32,000 nucleotides of DNA, taken from positions 150,001 through 182,000 of the forward strand of contig NZ_JBHSTI010000008.1 in assembly GCF_042660085.1 (NCBI RefSeq), written 5' to 3'. Numbering within the stretch: position 1 is the first letter of the stretch; every line of letters begins with the position of its first letter. This document shows, piece after piece, positions 20,861 to 31,910 of the stretch. The stretch is from Longivirga aurantiaca. Lineage in GTDB: Bacteria > Actinomycetota > Actinomycetes > S36-B12 > CAIYMF01. A program made the translations under genes and the position numbers. Under the pieces are notes generated by a model. The model did no database searches and was not told the origin of the DNA. It saw nothing but the letters and a program-made list of their open reading frames with translations.

Positions 20861-22416
20861 GCGCCATCCTCGCCGCCACGGGGTCCTTCGAGGTCCCCAC
20901 GATCGAGTACGCGGCGCTCGCACCGATCCTGATGGTGCTCGGCGGCGCGGTCGTGTCGGTCCTGCTCGAGGCGTTCCTGCCGCAGCGGCTTCGTCGGCCG
21001 GTCCAGCTCACGCTGACGTTCGCAACGCTCGTCGCGGCCTTCGTGTTCGTCGTGCTCGCGCGCGGCACGCGGGCGATCGTCGCGGAGGGCTCGGTCGCCG
21101 TCGACGGTCCCACGCTGTTCATGCAGGGATCGATCCTGGTCCTCGCCTTCATCGCCGCCCTGGTGATGGCCGAGCGGCAGGTCGACCCGGCGGGCGACGC
21201 CTTCGCCCCTCGCGCCTCGGCACTCCCCGGATCGGAGGAGGAGCAGGAGTTCACGCGCCTCGGCTGGTTCCAGACCGAGGTGTGGCCGCTGTTCCTCTTC
21301 AGCGTCGGCGGCATGCTGCTGTTCCCGGCGTCGACCGACCTGCTCACGATGTTCGTGGCGCTCGAGGTGCTCTCGCTCCCGCTCTACGTGCTCGCGGGTC
21401 TCGCCCGTCGCCGTCGCCTGCTGTCGCAGGAGGCCTCGCTGAAGTACTTCGTGCTCGGCGCGTTCTCCTCGGCGTTCTTCCTCTACGGCACCGCGCTGCT
21501 GTACGGCTTCGCCGGCACCGTCGAGCTCAGGGGCATCGCGAACGCGCTGACGGCCTCGGCAGGTCAGAGCGGTCTCGTGATCGCCGGCACCGCGCTGCTG
21601 ATGGTCGGTCTGCTGTTCAAGATCGGCGCCGCGCCGTTCCACCAGTGGACCCCGGACGTCTACCAGGGCTCGCCCACGTCCATCACCGGCTTCATGGCCG
21701 CCTGCACCAAGGTGGCGGCGTTCGGTGCGCTGCTCCGCGTCATGTACGTCGCCCTCGGCGGCATCCGCTGGGACTGGCGCCCGGTGATGTACGTGATCGC
21801 CGCTCTCACCATGATCGTCGGCACGATCTTCGCGCTCACCCAGACCGACATCAAGCGCATGCTCGCCTACTCGTCGGTCGCGCAGGCGGGCTTCATGCTC
21901 GTCGGCGTCCTCGCCACGAGCGCCGCGGGCCTCGCCGGCACGATGGTCTACCTCCTGGCCTACGGCGTGGCCACGGTCGGCGCGTTCGCCATCATCACCC
22001 TCGTCCGGGACGCCACCGGAGAGGCGACGCATCTGTCGTCCTGGGCCGGTCTCGGGAAGAAGTCGCCCTTGGTGGCCAGCGCGTTCGCGCTGTTCCTCCT
22101 GGCCTTCGCGGGCATCCCGCTCACCAGCGGCTTCACCGGAAAGTTCGCGGTCTTCACCGCGGGCATCGCGGGAGGTGCCACGCCGGTCGTCATCGTGGGT
22201 GTCGTGGCGAGCGCGGTCGCGGCGTTCTTCTACATCCGCGTCATCGTGCTCATGTTCTTCAACGAGCCGCCTGCGGACGGCGGCGCTAGCGTGGTCATCC
22301 CCAGCAGCTTCACCACGTTCGCCATCACCATCACCGTCGCGATCACGCTCGTGATCGGCGTGCTGCCGCAGATCGTGCTGCAGCTCGTCGACCAGGCCGG
22401 CGTGTTCGTCCGCTGA
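20857..22416 (+). CDS. nuoN: NADH-quinone oxidoreductase subunit N
   Basis: 519 aa; ...FLFSVGGMLLFPASTDLLTMFVALEVLSLPLYVLAGLARR...GAAPFHQWTPDVYQGSPTSITGFMAACTKVAAFGALLR. Confidence 0.97.
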   Translation: MSAILAATGSFEVPTIEYAALAPILMVLGGAVVSVLLEAFLPQRLRRPVQLTLTFATLVAAFVFVVLARGTRAIVAEGSVAVDGPTLFMQGSILVLAFIAALVMAERQVDPAGDAFAPRASALPGSEEEQEFTRLGWFQTEVWPLFLFSVGGMLLFPASTDLLTMFVALEVLSLPLYVLAGLARRRRLLSQEASLKYFVLGAFSSAFFLYGTALLYGFAGTVELRGIANALTASAGQSGLVIAGTALLMVGLLFKIGAAPFHQWTPDVYQGSPTSITGFMAACTKVAAFGALLRVMYVALGGIRWDWRPVMYVIAALTMIVGTIFALTQTDIKRMLAYSSVAQAGFMLVGVLATSAAGLAGTMVYLLAYGVATVGAFAIITLVRDATGEATHLSSWAGLGKKSPLVASAFALFLLAFAGIPLTSGFTGKFAVFTAGIAGGATPVVIVGVVASAVAAFFYIRVIVLMFFNEPPADGGASVVIPSSFTTFAITITVAITLVIGVLPQIVLQLVDQAGVFVR

Positions 22417-22450
22417 TCCGCCGTACCACGATGACCAGGAGGCGTTCCGC

Positions 22451-23449
22451 GTGACCGAGGCCCTTCCGTTCGGGCTCTCGCACGTCGACGACGCCCTCGC
22501 CGACCGCCTGCGCACGGGGCTCGACGACGTCGAGGTCGCGCTGCGCAGGGCTGTGACGAGCGAGTACCCGTTCGTCACCGAGGCCTCGAGCCACCTGGTG
22601 AGCGCGGGCGGCAAGCGCTTCCGCCCGCTGCTCGCACTCGTGGCGGCGCAGTACGGCGATGCCGACGCCCCGGGCAACGTGCCGGGCGCGGTCGTCGCCG
22701 AGCTCACGCACCTGGCCACGCTCTACCACGACGACGTGATGGACGAGGCGAAGCTGCGCCGGGGTGCCCCGAGCGCCAACGCGCGCTGGGACAACACCGT
22801 CGCGATCCTGACCGGCGACTTCCTGTTCGCCCGCGCGGCTGACATCGCGGCCGACCTCGGCACCGACATCGTGCGCCTGCAGGCGCGCACGTTCGAGCGC
22901 CTGTGCACCGGTCAGATCCGCGAGACGGTCGGCCCGGCGGAGGGCGAGGACCCCGTCGTCCACCACCTCGAGGTGCTGGCCGGCAAGACGGGCTCGCTCA
23001 TCGCGGCGGCCGGGCGCATGGGCGCGATGACCTCGGGTGCCCCGCAGTCCGTGGCGCACGCGATCTCGGCGTACGGCGAGAAGTTCGGCGTCGCGTTCCA
23101 GCTCTCGGACGACCTGCTCGACATCGCGAGCGAGTCGGAGGAGTCGGGCAAGACTCCCGGCACCGACCTGCGCGAGGGCATCCGCACGTTGCCCGTGCTG
23201 CTCGCCCTGCGCGGCACCGACCCCGAGGGCGCCCGCCTGCGCGAGCTGCTCGCGGAGCCGCTCGTGGACGACGACCTGCACGCCGAGGCCCTGGGCCTGC
23301 TGCGCAGCTCGCCGGCCATGGTCGAGGCCCGCGCCGAGCTCGTGTCGTGGGCGGAGTCCGCCCGTGCCGAGCTCGCCGCCCTGCCGGCCGGCCCGGCCAC
23401 CGACGCCCTCTCGATGATGTGCGACGTCGTCGTCGACCGCTCCGCCTGA
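22451..23449 (+). CDS. trans-isoprenyl (polyprenyl) diphosphate synthase, probably for the menaquinone side chain
   Basis: GGKRFRPLLALVAAQYG...THLATLYHDDVMDEAKLRRGAPSANARWDNTVAILTGDFLFARA...AFQLSDDLLDIASESEESGKTPGTDLREG: both Asp-rich motifs present. Confidence 0.93.
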   Translation: MTEALPFGLSHVDDALADRLRTGLDDVEVALRRAVTSEYPFVTEASSHLVSAGGKRFRPLLALVAAQYGDADAPGNVPGAVVAELTHLATLYHDDVMDEAKLRRGAPSANARWDNTVAILTGDFLFARAADIAADLGTDIVRLQARTFERLCTGQIRETVGPAEGEDPVVHHLEVLAGKTGSLIAAAGRMGAMTSGAPQSVAHAISAYGEKFGVAFQLSDDLLDIASESEESGKTPGTDLREGIRTLPVLLALRGTDPEGARLRELLAEPLVDDDLHAEALGLLRSSPAMVEARAELVSWAESARAELAALPAGPATDALSMMCDVVVDRSA

Positions 23450-23456
23450 CCTTCCG

Positions 23457-23518
23457 CGAGCTACTGCCCGAAGTGGGGCTTTCGACGAGCTCAACACCCC
23501 ACTTCGGGCAGTAGCTCG
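23457..23518. terminator. 22-bp perfect inverted repeat with 18-nt loop after the prenyl synthase (terminator or dispersed-repeat hairpin)
   Basis: cgagctactgcccgaagtgggg (23457-23478) / ccccacttcgggcagtagctcg (23497-23518), loop ctttcgacgagctcaaca; lies between convergent genes. Confidence 0.7.
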
Positions 23519-23523
23519 AGCCC

Positions 23524-24168
23524 TCACCCGGCGGCGGCCTGGACGGCGGCCCGGACGAGGGCGTCGCGCTCGGCCTCGTCCCCGGTCGAGACGGTGAACG
23601 AGCGGTCGCCGGACACCCAGGTCGCGAACCACTCCCAGTCGGCCGGGTCCAGCGGCTCCCCGAGCTCGTCATGGGTGAACGTGCACGACCACCAGGGCAC
23701 GGCCTCCGGCAGCGTCTCGGGCAGCGCGCGGATCGCGGTTCCCAGCTCGTCCCCCGCCTGGCCGGCGAGCACGGCGATCGACGGCGACGACTCCCAGCCC
23801 TCGCAGGGCTGCGCTCCGTCGTCGAGGTCGAGCACCCCGAGCAGGCCCTCGAGGCCCCCTCCGTCGAACCAGGCGACGCTCCGGTCGTCGTCCTCGGCGC
23901 CGGAGCGGTAGACCACGAAGTCGAACCCGGCGCCGGGCTCGTCGCTGGACACCTTGGCGAGGCCCTCGACCTCTGCGGGCATCCGCGCGAGCCACTGGGC
24001 TGCGGCGTCGTCGTCCGCCGGCCAGGGGACCGATCCGACGCCGTACGGGTCGGCCGACGACGTGCTCACCACGGCCGTCGGCCTCGGAGCCGGGCCGGGG
24101 AGCGCGCTGCACCCCGACGCGAGCAGGCCCAGCACGAGGGCCGGTGCGAGCACCGTACGTCGACGCAT
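23524..24168 (-). CDS. predicted lipoprotein of unknown function
   Basis: MRRRTVLAPALVLGLLASGCSALPG has a type II signal peptide with a lipobox-like LLASGC. Upstream in-frame start at 24219 judged less likely. Confidence 0.75.
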   Translation of the reverse strand: MRRRTVLAPALVLGLLASGCSALPGPAPRPTAVVSTSSADPYGVGSVPWPADDDAAAQWLARMPAEVEGLAKVSSDEPGAGFDFVVYRSGAEDDDRSVAWFDGGGLEGLLGVLDLDDGAQPCEGWESSPSIAVLAGQAGDELGTAIRALPETLPEAVPWWSCTFTHDELGEPLDPADWEWFATWVSGDRSFTVSTGDEAERDALVRAAVQAAAG

Positions 24169-24225
24169 CCCCACTCCTGTCGAGTCAGGCGCCCAGGCTG
24201 TCATGCCGCAGCCGTGCACCGGCCG

Positions 24226-25200
24226 TCAGGCGGGCTCGGTGACGCCCTCGTGCACGCCGTCGGCCTCCTCCGCCCGACGGGCGACGCGGTTGGCCTGGCC
24301 GTTGCGCAGGCTGTCCCAGGTGAAGACGATGAGCGCGACCCAGACGACGGCGAAGCCCACCCACCGCGAGGCGGGCATCTGCTCGCCGAACACGAAGATC
24401 CCCAGCAGGAACTGCAGGCACGGGGTGAGGTACTGCAGCACGCCGATCGTCGAGAGCGGCACGCGGTTGGTGGCCGCGCCGAACAGCACCAGAGGGATCG
24501 CTGTCACGACGCCGGTCATCATGAGCAGCACGGTGTTGGCGGTCGACGAGTGGCCGAACACGAGCTGGCCCTGCGCCGAGAGCCAGATGAGGAAGGCGAG
24601 GGCGAACGGCGTGCCGTAGGCCGTCTCCACGGTGAGGCTTGCGACCGGGTCGACCCCGGCGAGCTTCTTCACGAGCCCGTAGCCGGCCCACGAGGAGGCG
24701 AGCGCTAGCGCGACCCACGGAACCGAGCCGTACCCGAGGGTCAGCACCGCGACCGCGACAGCCGCGATGCCCACCGCCGTCCACTGCATCGGTCGGAGCC
24801 GCTCGCCGAGCAGCAGCGTGCCGGTGAGGACGACGACGAGCGGGTTGATGAAGTAGCCGAGCGAGGCCTCGACGACACGGCCGTTGTACACCGCCCAGAT
24901 GTACACGCCCCAGTTGACCGAGATCAGCAGCGTGGCGATGACGAGCATCAGCATCACGCGTCGGTTGTGCAGCACCTCGGTCATCCGCGACCACGAGCGC
25001 GTCACCGTCATGATCAGCGCGAGGAAGACGAACGACCAGAAGAACCGGTCGGCCAGCACCTCGAGGGGGGCGGCGGGCTGCAGCAGCGGGAAGTAGACCG
25101 GGAACAGCCCCCACAGGGCATAGGCACCGATGCCGAACAGCAGGCCGAGCCGGTGGCTGGCGCGCTCGGTCTCGGCCGCACTGGTGGGGGAGTCGCTCAT
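24226..25200 (-). CDS. rarD: EamA family transporter RarD
   Basis: GLLFGIGAYALWGLFPVYFPLLQPAAPLEVLADRFFWSFVFL...NWGVYIWAVYNGRVVEASLGYFINPLVVVLTGTLLLGERLRPMQW...LQYLTPCLQFLLGIFVFGE. Confidence 0.9.
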   Translation of the reverse strand: MSDSPTSAAETERASHRLGLLFGIGAYALWGLFPVYFPLLQPAAPLEVLADRFFWSFVFLALIMTVTRSWSRMTEVLHNRRVMLMLVIATLLISVNWGVYIWAVYNGRVVEASLGYFINPLVVVLTGTLLLGERLRPMQWTAVGIAAVAVAVLTLGYGSVPWVALALASSWAGYGLVKKLAGVDPVASLTVETAYGTPFALAFLIWLSAQGQLVFGHSSTANTVLLMMTGVVTAIPLVLFGAATNRVPLSTIGVLQYLTPCLQFLLGIFVFGEQMPASRWVGFAVVWVALIVFTWDSLRNGQANRVARRAEEADGVHEGVTEPA

Positions 25201-25362
25201 CGCCCGGCCACGGTACGCCGTCGGCCTCTCCCACCGCTCTCCCCATTCGCCAGCCGAGACGCTGCCGGCATCGGGAGGGTCGGCATCGTCCGGCAGGAAG
25301 GGCAGAGACCCCCGACCCAGCGCCGCCTCCCGCCCTGGCTCGACCAGCCACCCGGACGTGCG

Positions 25363-25395
25363 GGAGGCCCCGACCGTCGTGCGGTCGGGGCCTCC
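25363..25395 (-). terminator. hairpin terminator downstream of korB
   Basis: ggaggccccgaccg / cggtcggggcctcc, 14-bp perfect stem, 5-nt loop, about 22 nt past the korB stop. Confidence 0.75.
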
Positions 25396-25416
25396 GGACA
25401 GGCGGTGCCGCCTGGA

Positions 25417-26467
25417 TCAGGCGATTTCCCACGTGTCGCTGCCGGCGAGCAGGGAGCCGAGGTCGGCGCTGCCGCCGGCCTTGGCCGTGGCGAGCTGCGC
25501 CTGGAACATCGAGTCGTACGACGCCCGGGGCACGTCGCGGAACACGCCGATCGGAGTGTTCGCGAGCGTCATCGAGTCCGACAGCCGCGACAGCGCGAAC
25601 GCGGTCGAGGGGTCGGGGCGGTGGGCGTCGTGAACGAGGATGGCGTCGAGACCGACCTCGGCGACGTCCGCGACCTCGAGGCTGCCCTCGGCGTTGCGGA
25701 TCACCCCGCGGGTGCCGTCGACCAGCGTGATGGGCTGGCCGTGCTCGAGCCGCAGCGTGAGCGCGTCGCGGTGGTCGGAGTCCTTCAGCGGGTCCCACGC
25801 ACCGTCGTTGAAGATGTTGCAGTTCTGGTAGATCTCGACCAGCGCCGTGCCGTCGTGCAGCGCGGCCTGGCGCAGCGTCTCGGTGAGGTGCTTGCGGTCG
25901 GAGTCGATCGTGCGCGCGACGAACGACGCCTCCGCACCGATCGCGAGCGACACCGGGTTGAACGGGTGGTCCAAGGACCCCATGGGCGTCGACTTCGTGA
26001 CCTTGCCGACCTCGGACGTCGGCGAGTACTGCCCCTTGGTGAGGCCGTAGATCCGGTTGTTGAACAGCAGGATCTTGAGGTTCACGTTGCGGCGCAGCGC
26101 GTGGATGAGGTGGTTGCCGCCGATGGAGAGCGCGTCGCCGTCGCCGGTGACGACCCACACCGAGAGGTCGGGCCGGGTCATGGCGAGGCCCGAGGCGATC
26201 GCCGGGGCACGGCCGTGGATCGAGTGCATCCCGAAGGTGTTCATGTAGTACGGGAAGCGGCTCGAGCAGCCGATGCCGGAGATCCAGACGATGTTCTCCT
26301 TGGCGAGCCCGAGCTCGGGCATGAAGCTCTGGACGCCGGCCAGGATCGCGTAGTCACCGCACCCGGGGCACCAGCGCACCTCCTGGTCGGTCTTGAAGTC
26401 CTTCGCCGACTGCTTCCCGTCCGTCTTCGGGACGAGCTTCAGCGACGGGAAGCCCAGATCGACGGAC

Positions 26468-26475
<8 letters not shown>
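25417..26475 (-). CDS. korB: 2-oxoacid:ferredoxin oxidoreductase subunit beta
   Basis: VRWCPGCGDYAILAGVQSFMPELG...GIGCSSRFPYYMNTFGMHSIHGRAPAIASGLA...WVVTGDGDALSIGGNHLIHALRRNVNLKILLFNNRIYGLTKGQYSPTS. GTG start overlaps the korA stop. Confidence 0.93.
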
Positions 26476-28324
<1,849 letters not shown>

Positions 28325-28564
28325 GGTGTCCTCGCCTTGCTGCGGCCGGGTGCGCCGGCGCTCCTGGGGAGTGGTGCTGGGACGACGGCCGGGCGGGCCC
28401 GGTCGTACGAGGCACCATCCTCCCGCGTGATGCCCCCTTTCGCGCGCACGGGTCCCGTCATCCGGACCGCGCGTCGCGATCTTCGCCGAGGGCGTAGCCG
28501 CGCGTCCGGCTCGCCTAGGCTCTGCCGACAGGAGCGGCGAGAGCACGAGGAGAGCGAGGCGGAC

Positions 28565-29053
28565 GTGGCGGACGGCGATGTGCTGCTCGGCCTCCCCGGC
28601 CTCGGCCGGCCGGGCCCGGCAGCCCCCCTGCGGCTGACCGTGAGCCTCGACGGTGCCGACGACCGGGTCGTGGCCCTGCACGTCGCCGGCGCGGGGCTCG
28701 CCTGCTGCTCGGTGGAGCTCGTCGCGGCCGCCCTCCGGAGGCCGGAGGCCCGCGCCGCGGGGCTCGGCGAGGCCGATGCGGTGGCCCCGGCCGTGGACGT
28801 GATCGTCGTGTCCGGCACCTGCACCGACATCCTCGCGCCCGCGCTCGCCGCCCTGCACGCCGCGCTCCCCGTGGGCACGCCGGTGCTGTCGTTCGGCGCC
28901 TGCGCGAGCTCGGGCGGGCCCTACTGGGACTCGTACTCGGTCACCAAGGGCGTCGACCAGGTGATCCCCGTGGACGTCTACGTGCCCGGCTGCCCGCCGA
29001 GGCCCGAGGCGCTGGCCGACGGCCTGCGCCTCCTCCCAGGGGTGGCGCGGTGA
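28565..29053 (+). CDS. orphan NuoB-like / hydrogenase small-subunit-like [4Fe-4S] protein
   Basis: GTG at 28565, 162 aa: ...[17 protein letters not shown]...[14 protein letters not shown]...[50 protein letters not shown]. The four N2-type Cys are retained. Confidence 0.85.
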   Translation: MADGDVLLGLPGLGRPGPAAPLRLTVSLDGADDRVVALHVAGAGLACCSVELVAAALRRPEARAAGLGEADAVAPAVDVIVVSGTCTDILAPALAALHAALPVGTPVLSFGACASSGGPYWDSYSVTKGVDQVIPVDVYVPGCPPRPEALADGLRLLPGVAR

Positions 29054-29592
29054 GCGCGGTGGTGGAGGCGGTCCAGGCGGGCGTCGGCGACTCCGTGCTC
29101 GCGGTCGTCCCCGGGTTCGGGCCGGTCACCGTCGACGTCGCGCCGTTGTCGTGGCACGAGGCCGTCGCAGCGGCCGCTGCCGCGGGGGCGACGTACGCCG
29201 ACGTCCTGACGGCGTACGACGAGCTCGAGCTCGGCTTCGCCGTGGTCGTCCACCTGTCGACGCCGGACGCGTCCGACCATGTGCTCCTGCGGACGCGGGT
29301 GCCGCGCGACCGGCCGGAGGTGGCGACCGTGGTCGACCTCTACCGCGGGCTGGCCTGGCACGAGCGCGCCACCCACGAGATGTTCGGCATCGGCTTCGTC
29401 GGCAACGACGACCTCTCCCCGCTCCGCACCCGGCCCTCGCTCGGCGCGCACCCGCTCCGCAAGGACTTCGTGCTCGCGGCGCGGGTGGCCCGGCCGTGGC
29501 CGGGGGAGAAGGACCCGGCGGGCGACACCGGGCGCGCCCGGCGCCGCACCCTTCCTCCCGGCGTGCCCGAGGGCTGGGGGGAGCAGGCATGA
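29050..29592 (+). CDS. orphan NuoC-like protein
   Basis: 180 aa: ...[52 protein letters not shown]. WHERxxxxMFGI...PLRKDF is the NuoC signature; overlaps the previous CDS by 4 nt. Confidence 0.85.
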   Translation: MSAVVEAVQAGVGDSVLAVVPGFGPVTVDVAPLSWHEAVAAAAAAGATYADVLTAYDELELGFAVVVHLSTPDASDHVLLRTRVPRDRPEVATVVDLYRGLAWHERATHEMFGIGFVGNDDLSPLRTRPSLGAHPLRKDFVLAARVARPWPGEKDPAGDTGRARRRTLPPGVPEGWGEQA

Positions 29593-29993
29593 GCGAGGAC
29601 CAGGCGCCGGCGGCGACCGACGGCGGCGGCTACGCCGTACCCGCACGCAGCCGCGGCGTGATCACGCTCGTGGAGGAGAACTGCACGGTCTGCATGCTGT
29701 GCGCCCGCGAGTGCCCCGACTGGTGCATCCACATCGAGGGCCACACCGGAACCCTCCCGGCCGACGAGGTGCACCGCCGCCCGCGCACCGAGAACGTGCT
29801 CGACCGGTTCGCCATCGACTTCTCGCTCTGCCTCTACTGCGGCATCTGCATCGAGGTGTGCCCGTTCGACGCATTGCACTGGTCGCCCGAGCACGAGTAC
29901 GGCGGCACCTCGCTCACCGACCTCACGCACGAACGCGACCGCCTCGCCGCCTGGGAGGCCACCGCCCCCACCGACGCCGAGCGCGACGCCTGA
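29589..29993 (+). CDS. orphan NuoI-like 2x[4Fe-4S] ferredoxin-type protein
   Basis: ATG at 29589, 134 aa: [23 protein letters not shown]...[21 protein letters not shown]; two CxxCxxCxxxCP motifs. Overlaps the NuoC-like stop by 4 nt. Confidence 0.87.
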   Translation: MSEDQAPAATDGGGYAVPARSRGVITLVEENCTVCMLCARECPDWCIHIEGHTGTLPADEVHRRPRTENVLDRFAIDFSLCLYCGICIEVCPFDALHWSPEHEYGGTSLTDLTHERDRLAAWEATAPTDAERDA

Positions 29994-30141
29994 CCCAGCC
30001 CGGGGTCAGCGGTGAGGGGGGCCTTCATCCAGAACCCCGGCCTCGATCTGCGAATCCGTCGTCTCCCGGCCCGCCGACGGCCCCGGAAGCGACGGCTTCA
30101 CAGATCGACAGCGGGGCGGGGCAGCCCGCGCGGAGCGGCGA

Positions 30142-30633
30142 CTAGCGGTAGTTCACGAACTGGACGGCGAAGTCGAGGTCGGCGTCGCGCACGAGCGACT
30201 GCACGGCCTGGAGGTCGTCGCGGCTCTTGGAGGTCACGCGGAGCTCCTCGCCCATGACCTGCGCCTTGACCGTCTTGGGGCCCTCGTCGCGGATGAGCTT
30301 GCCGAGCTTCTTGGCCTGCTCCTGGTTGATGCCGGCCTGGAAGGTCATCGAGATCTTGTACTCCTTGCCCGAGGAGCGGGGGTCATCGGCCTTGAGCGAC
30401 TTCAGCGAGAGCTGGCGCTTGACGAGCTTGTCGCGGAAGACCTCGAGGGCGGCTGCGGCGCGCTCCTCGGTGGAGGAGGTGATCTCGACCGCGAGCTCGC
30501 CCTTCCACTCGATCGTGGTGCTCGTGTTCTTGAAGTCGAACCGCTGCGAGAGCTCCTTCGCCGCCTGGTTGAGCGCGTTGTCGACCTCCTGGCGGTCGAC
30601 CTTGCTGACGATGTCGAAGCTGCTGTCGGCCAT
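30142..30633 (-). CDS. yajQ: YajQ family (DUF520) cyclic-di-GMP/nucleotide-binding protein
   Basis: [43 protein letters not shown]...[56 protein letters not shown]. Confidence 0.95.
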   Translation of the reverse strand: MADSSFDIVSKVDRQEVDNALNQAAKELSQRFDFKNTSTTIEWKGELAVEITSSTEERAAAALEVFRDKLVKRQLSLKSLKADDPRSSGKEYKISMTFQAGINQEQAKKLGKLIRDEGPKTVKAQVMGEELRVTSKSRDDLQAVQSLVRDADLDFAVQFVNYR

Positions 30634-30740
30634 GGCCGGTTCGTCCCTTCGGTGCGGTGGTCAGGTGGGCGGCACCCCGGGGATTTCCCCCGTGCCGCGC
30701 CTCCTATGTATCCTCCCCTCTGCCGTCCTCGGACGGCAAA

Positions 30741-30822
30741 GGCGGGTTGCCCGAGCGGCCAATGGGAGCGGACTGTAAATCCGTCGGCTTTGCCTTCGAT
30801 GGTTCGAATCCATCACCCGCCA
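30741..30822 (+). tRNA. tRNA-Tyr (anticodon GTA)
   Basis: ggcgggt...acccgcc acceptor stem, gatgg-ttcgaat-ccatc T arm, anticodon GTA at 30775-30777, class II variable arm. Confidence 0.95.
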
Positions 30823-30828
30823 CACGGC

Positions 30829-30861
30829 AGGAGGCCCGACCCCTCAGGGGTCGGGCCTCCT
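30829..30861. terminator. strong palindromic hairpin between tRNA-Tyr and the convergent SDR gene
   Basis: aggaggcccgacccct c aggggtcgggcctcct: 16-bp perfect arms flanking one base. Confidence 0.8.
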
Positions 30862-30887
30862 CTCGTTCGTACGGCCGTCCGGGGGCC

Positions 30888-31847
30888 TCAGGCCGTGATG
30901 CCCGCCACCACGTCGTCGAACCGGACCCCGACGAGGGCCTCGGACTCCTCCCACAGCGCGGCGGCCATGCGGGTGTCGCGCGCGGCGGCCGTGGTGCCCA
31001 CGAGCCGCGGGTGGCCGTGCTGCTCGAAGAAGCCGTCCGGTCCGGCGTACGACGCCGGCGGGAGCCCGGGCTCGGTGGCCACGTAGAGAGTCGGCAGCGC
31101 CCCCATCTCGGCCGGCTGGGCGAGGAGCCGGTTGCCGAGCTCGGTGAACCGGGCGCCCAGGCTGCTGCCCTTCATGGCCGGCGCGACCGACTGGAGGTTC
31201 GTGGCGGCGTAGCCGGGGTGGGCGGCGTACGCCCCGACGGGCAGGCCGGCCGCGTCGAGGCGGTGCTGGAGCTCGAAGGTGAGCAGCAGGTTGGCGAGCT
31301 TGCTCTGCCCGTACGCCACCCAGGGCTGGTACTTCTGCCGCCCCATGAGGTCGTCGAGGCGGATCCGGCCCATCTTGTGCGCGTTGCTGGACACGGTGAC
31401 CACCCGGGACGCCGCCCCCACGGACCCGGCGCGGGCGAGCGCCGGGAGCAGGCCGAGGGTGAGGGCCATGTGCCCGAGGTGGTTCGTGCCGAGCTGCATC
31501 TCGAACCCGTCCGCGGTCTCGCGACGCGGGATGGCCATGACGCCGGCGTTGTTGACGAGCAGGTGCAGGGGGTCGGCCCCCACCGTCTCGGCGCAGGCGC
31601 GCACCGAGGCGAGGTCGGCCAGGTCGAGGGGCACGACCGCGACGCTCCCGGCGGAGGTTCCCACGGCCGCCGCGATCCGGGCGCGGGCGTCCTCGCCGCG
31701 GCCGGCGTCGCGGACGCCGAGGAGCACGTCGGCGCCGTGGCGCGCGAGCTCGAGAGCGGTGACGTAGCCGATGCCGGAGTTCGCCCCGGTGACGAGGGCG
31801 CGGCGACCGGAGAGGTCGGGGATGTCTGCGGCGGTCCAGGGGCTCAT
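30888..31847 (-). CDS. short-chain dehydrogenase/reductase (SDR) family oxidoreductase
   Basis: LSGRRALVTGANSGIGYVTALELARHGADVLLGVRD...LLVNNAGVMAIP...VTVSSNAHKMG...YGQSKLANLLLTFEL: TGxxxGIG, NNAG and YxxxK motifs. Confidence 0.92.
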   Translation of the reverse strand: MSPWTAADIPDLSGRRALVTGANSGIGYVTALELARHGADVLLGVRDAGRGEDARARIAAAVGTSAGSVAVVPLDLADLASVRACAETVGADPLHLLVNNAGVMAIPRRETADGFEMQLGTNHLGHMALTLGLLPALARAGSVGAASRVVTVSSNAHKMGRIRLDDLMGRQKYQPWVAYGQSKLANLLLTFELQHRLDAAGLPVGAYAAHPGYAATNLQSVAPAMKGSSLGARFTELGNRLLAQPAEMGALPTLYVATEPGLPPASYAGPDGFFEQHGHPRLVGTTAAARDTRMAAALWEESEALVGVRFDDVVAGITA

Positions 31848-31910
31848 GCCCCCATCCTCACCCGACGGAGACCGGTGCGCGTCCCGGGCGGAGGCGGGCT
31901 GCTGCCCGTT

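Noticed and set aside
29990-30009. Hairpin ctgaccc/gggtcag after the NuoI-like gene
   Set aside because: Only 7 bp, overlaps the stop codon, no U-tract; too weak to call a terminator.
30665-30698. Imperfect GC-rich inverted repeat gcggcac...gtgccgc upstream of yajQ/tRNA-Tyr
   Set aside because: Interrupted stem in very GC-rich sequence; expected by chance at this composition.
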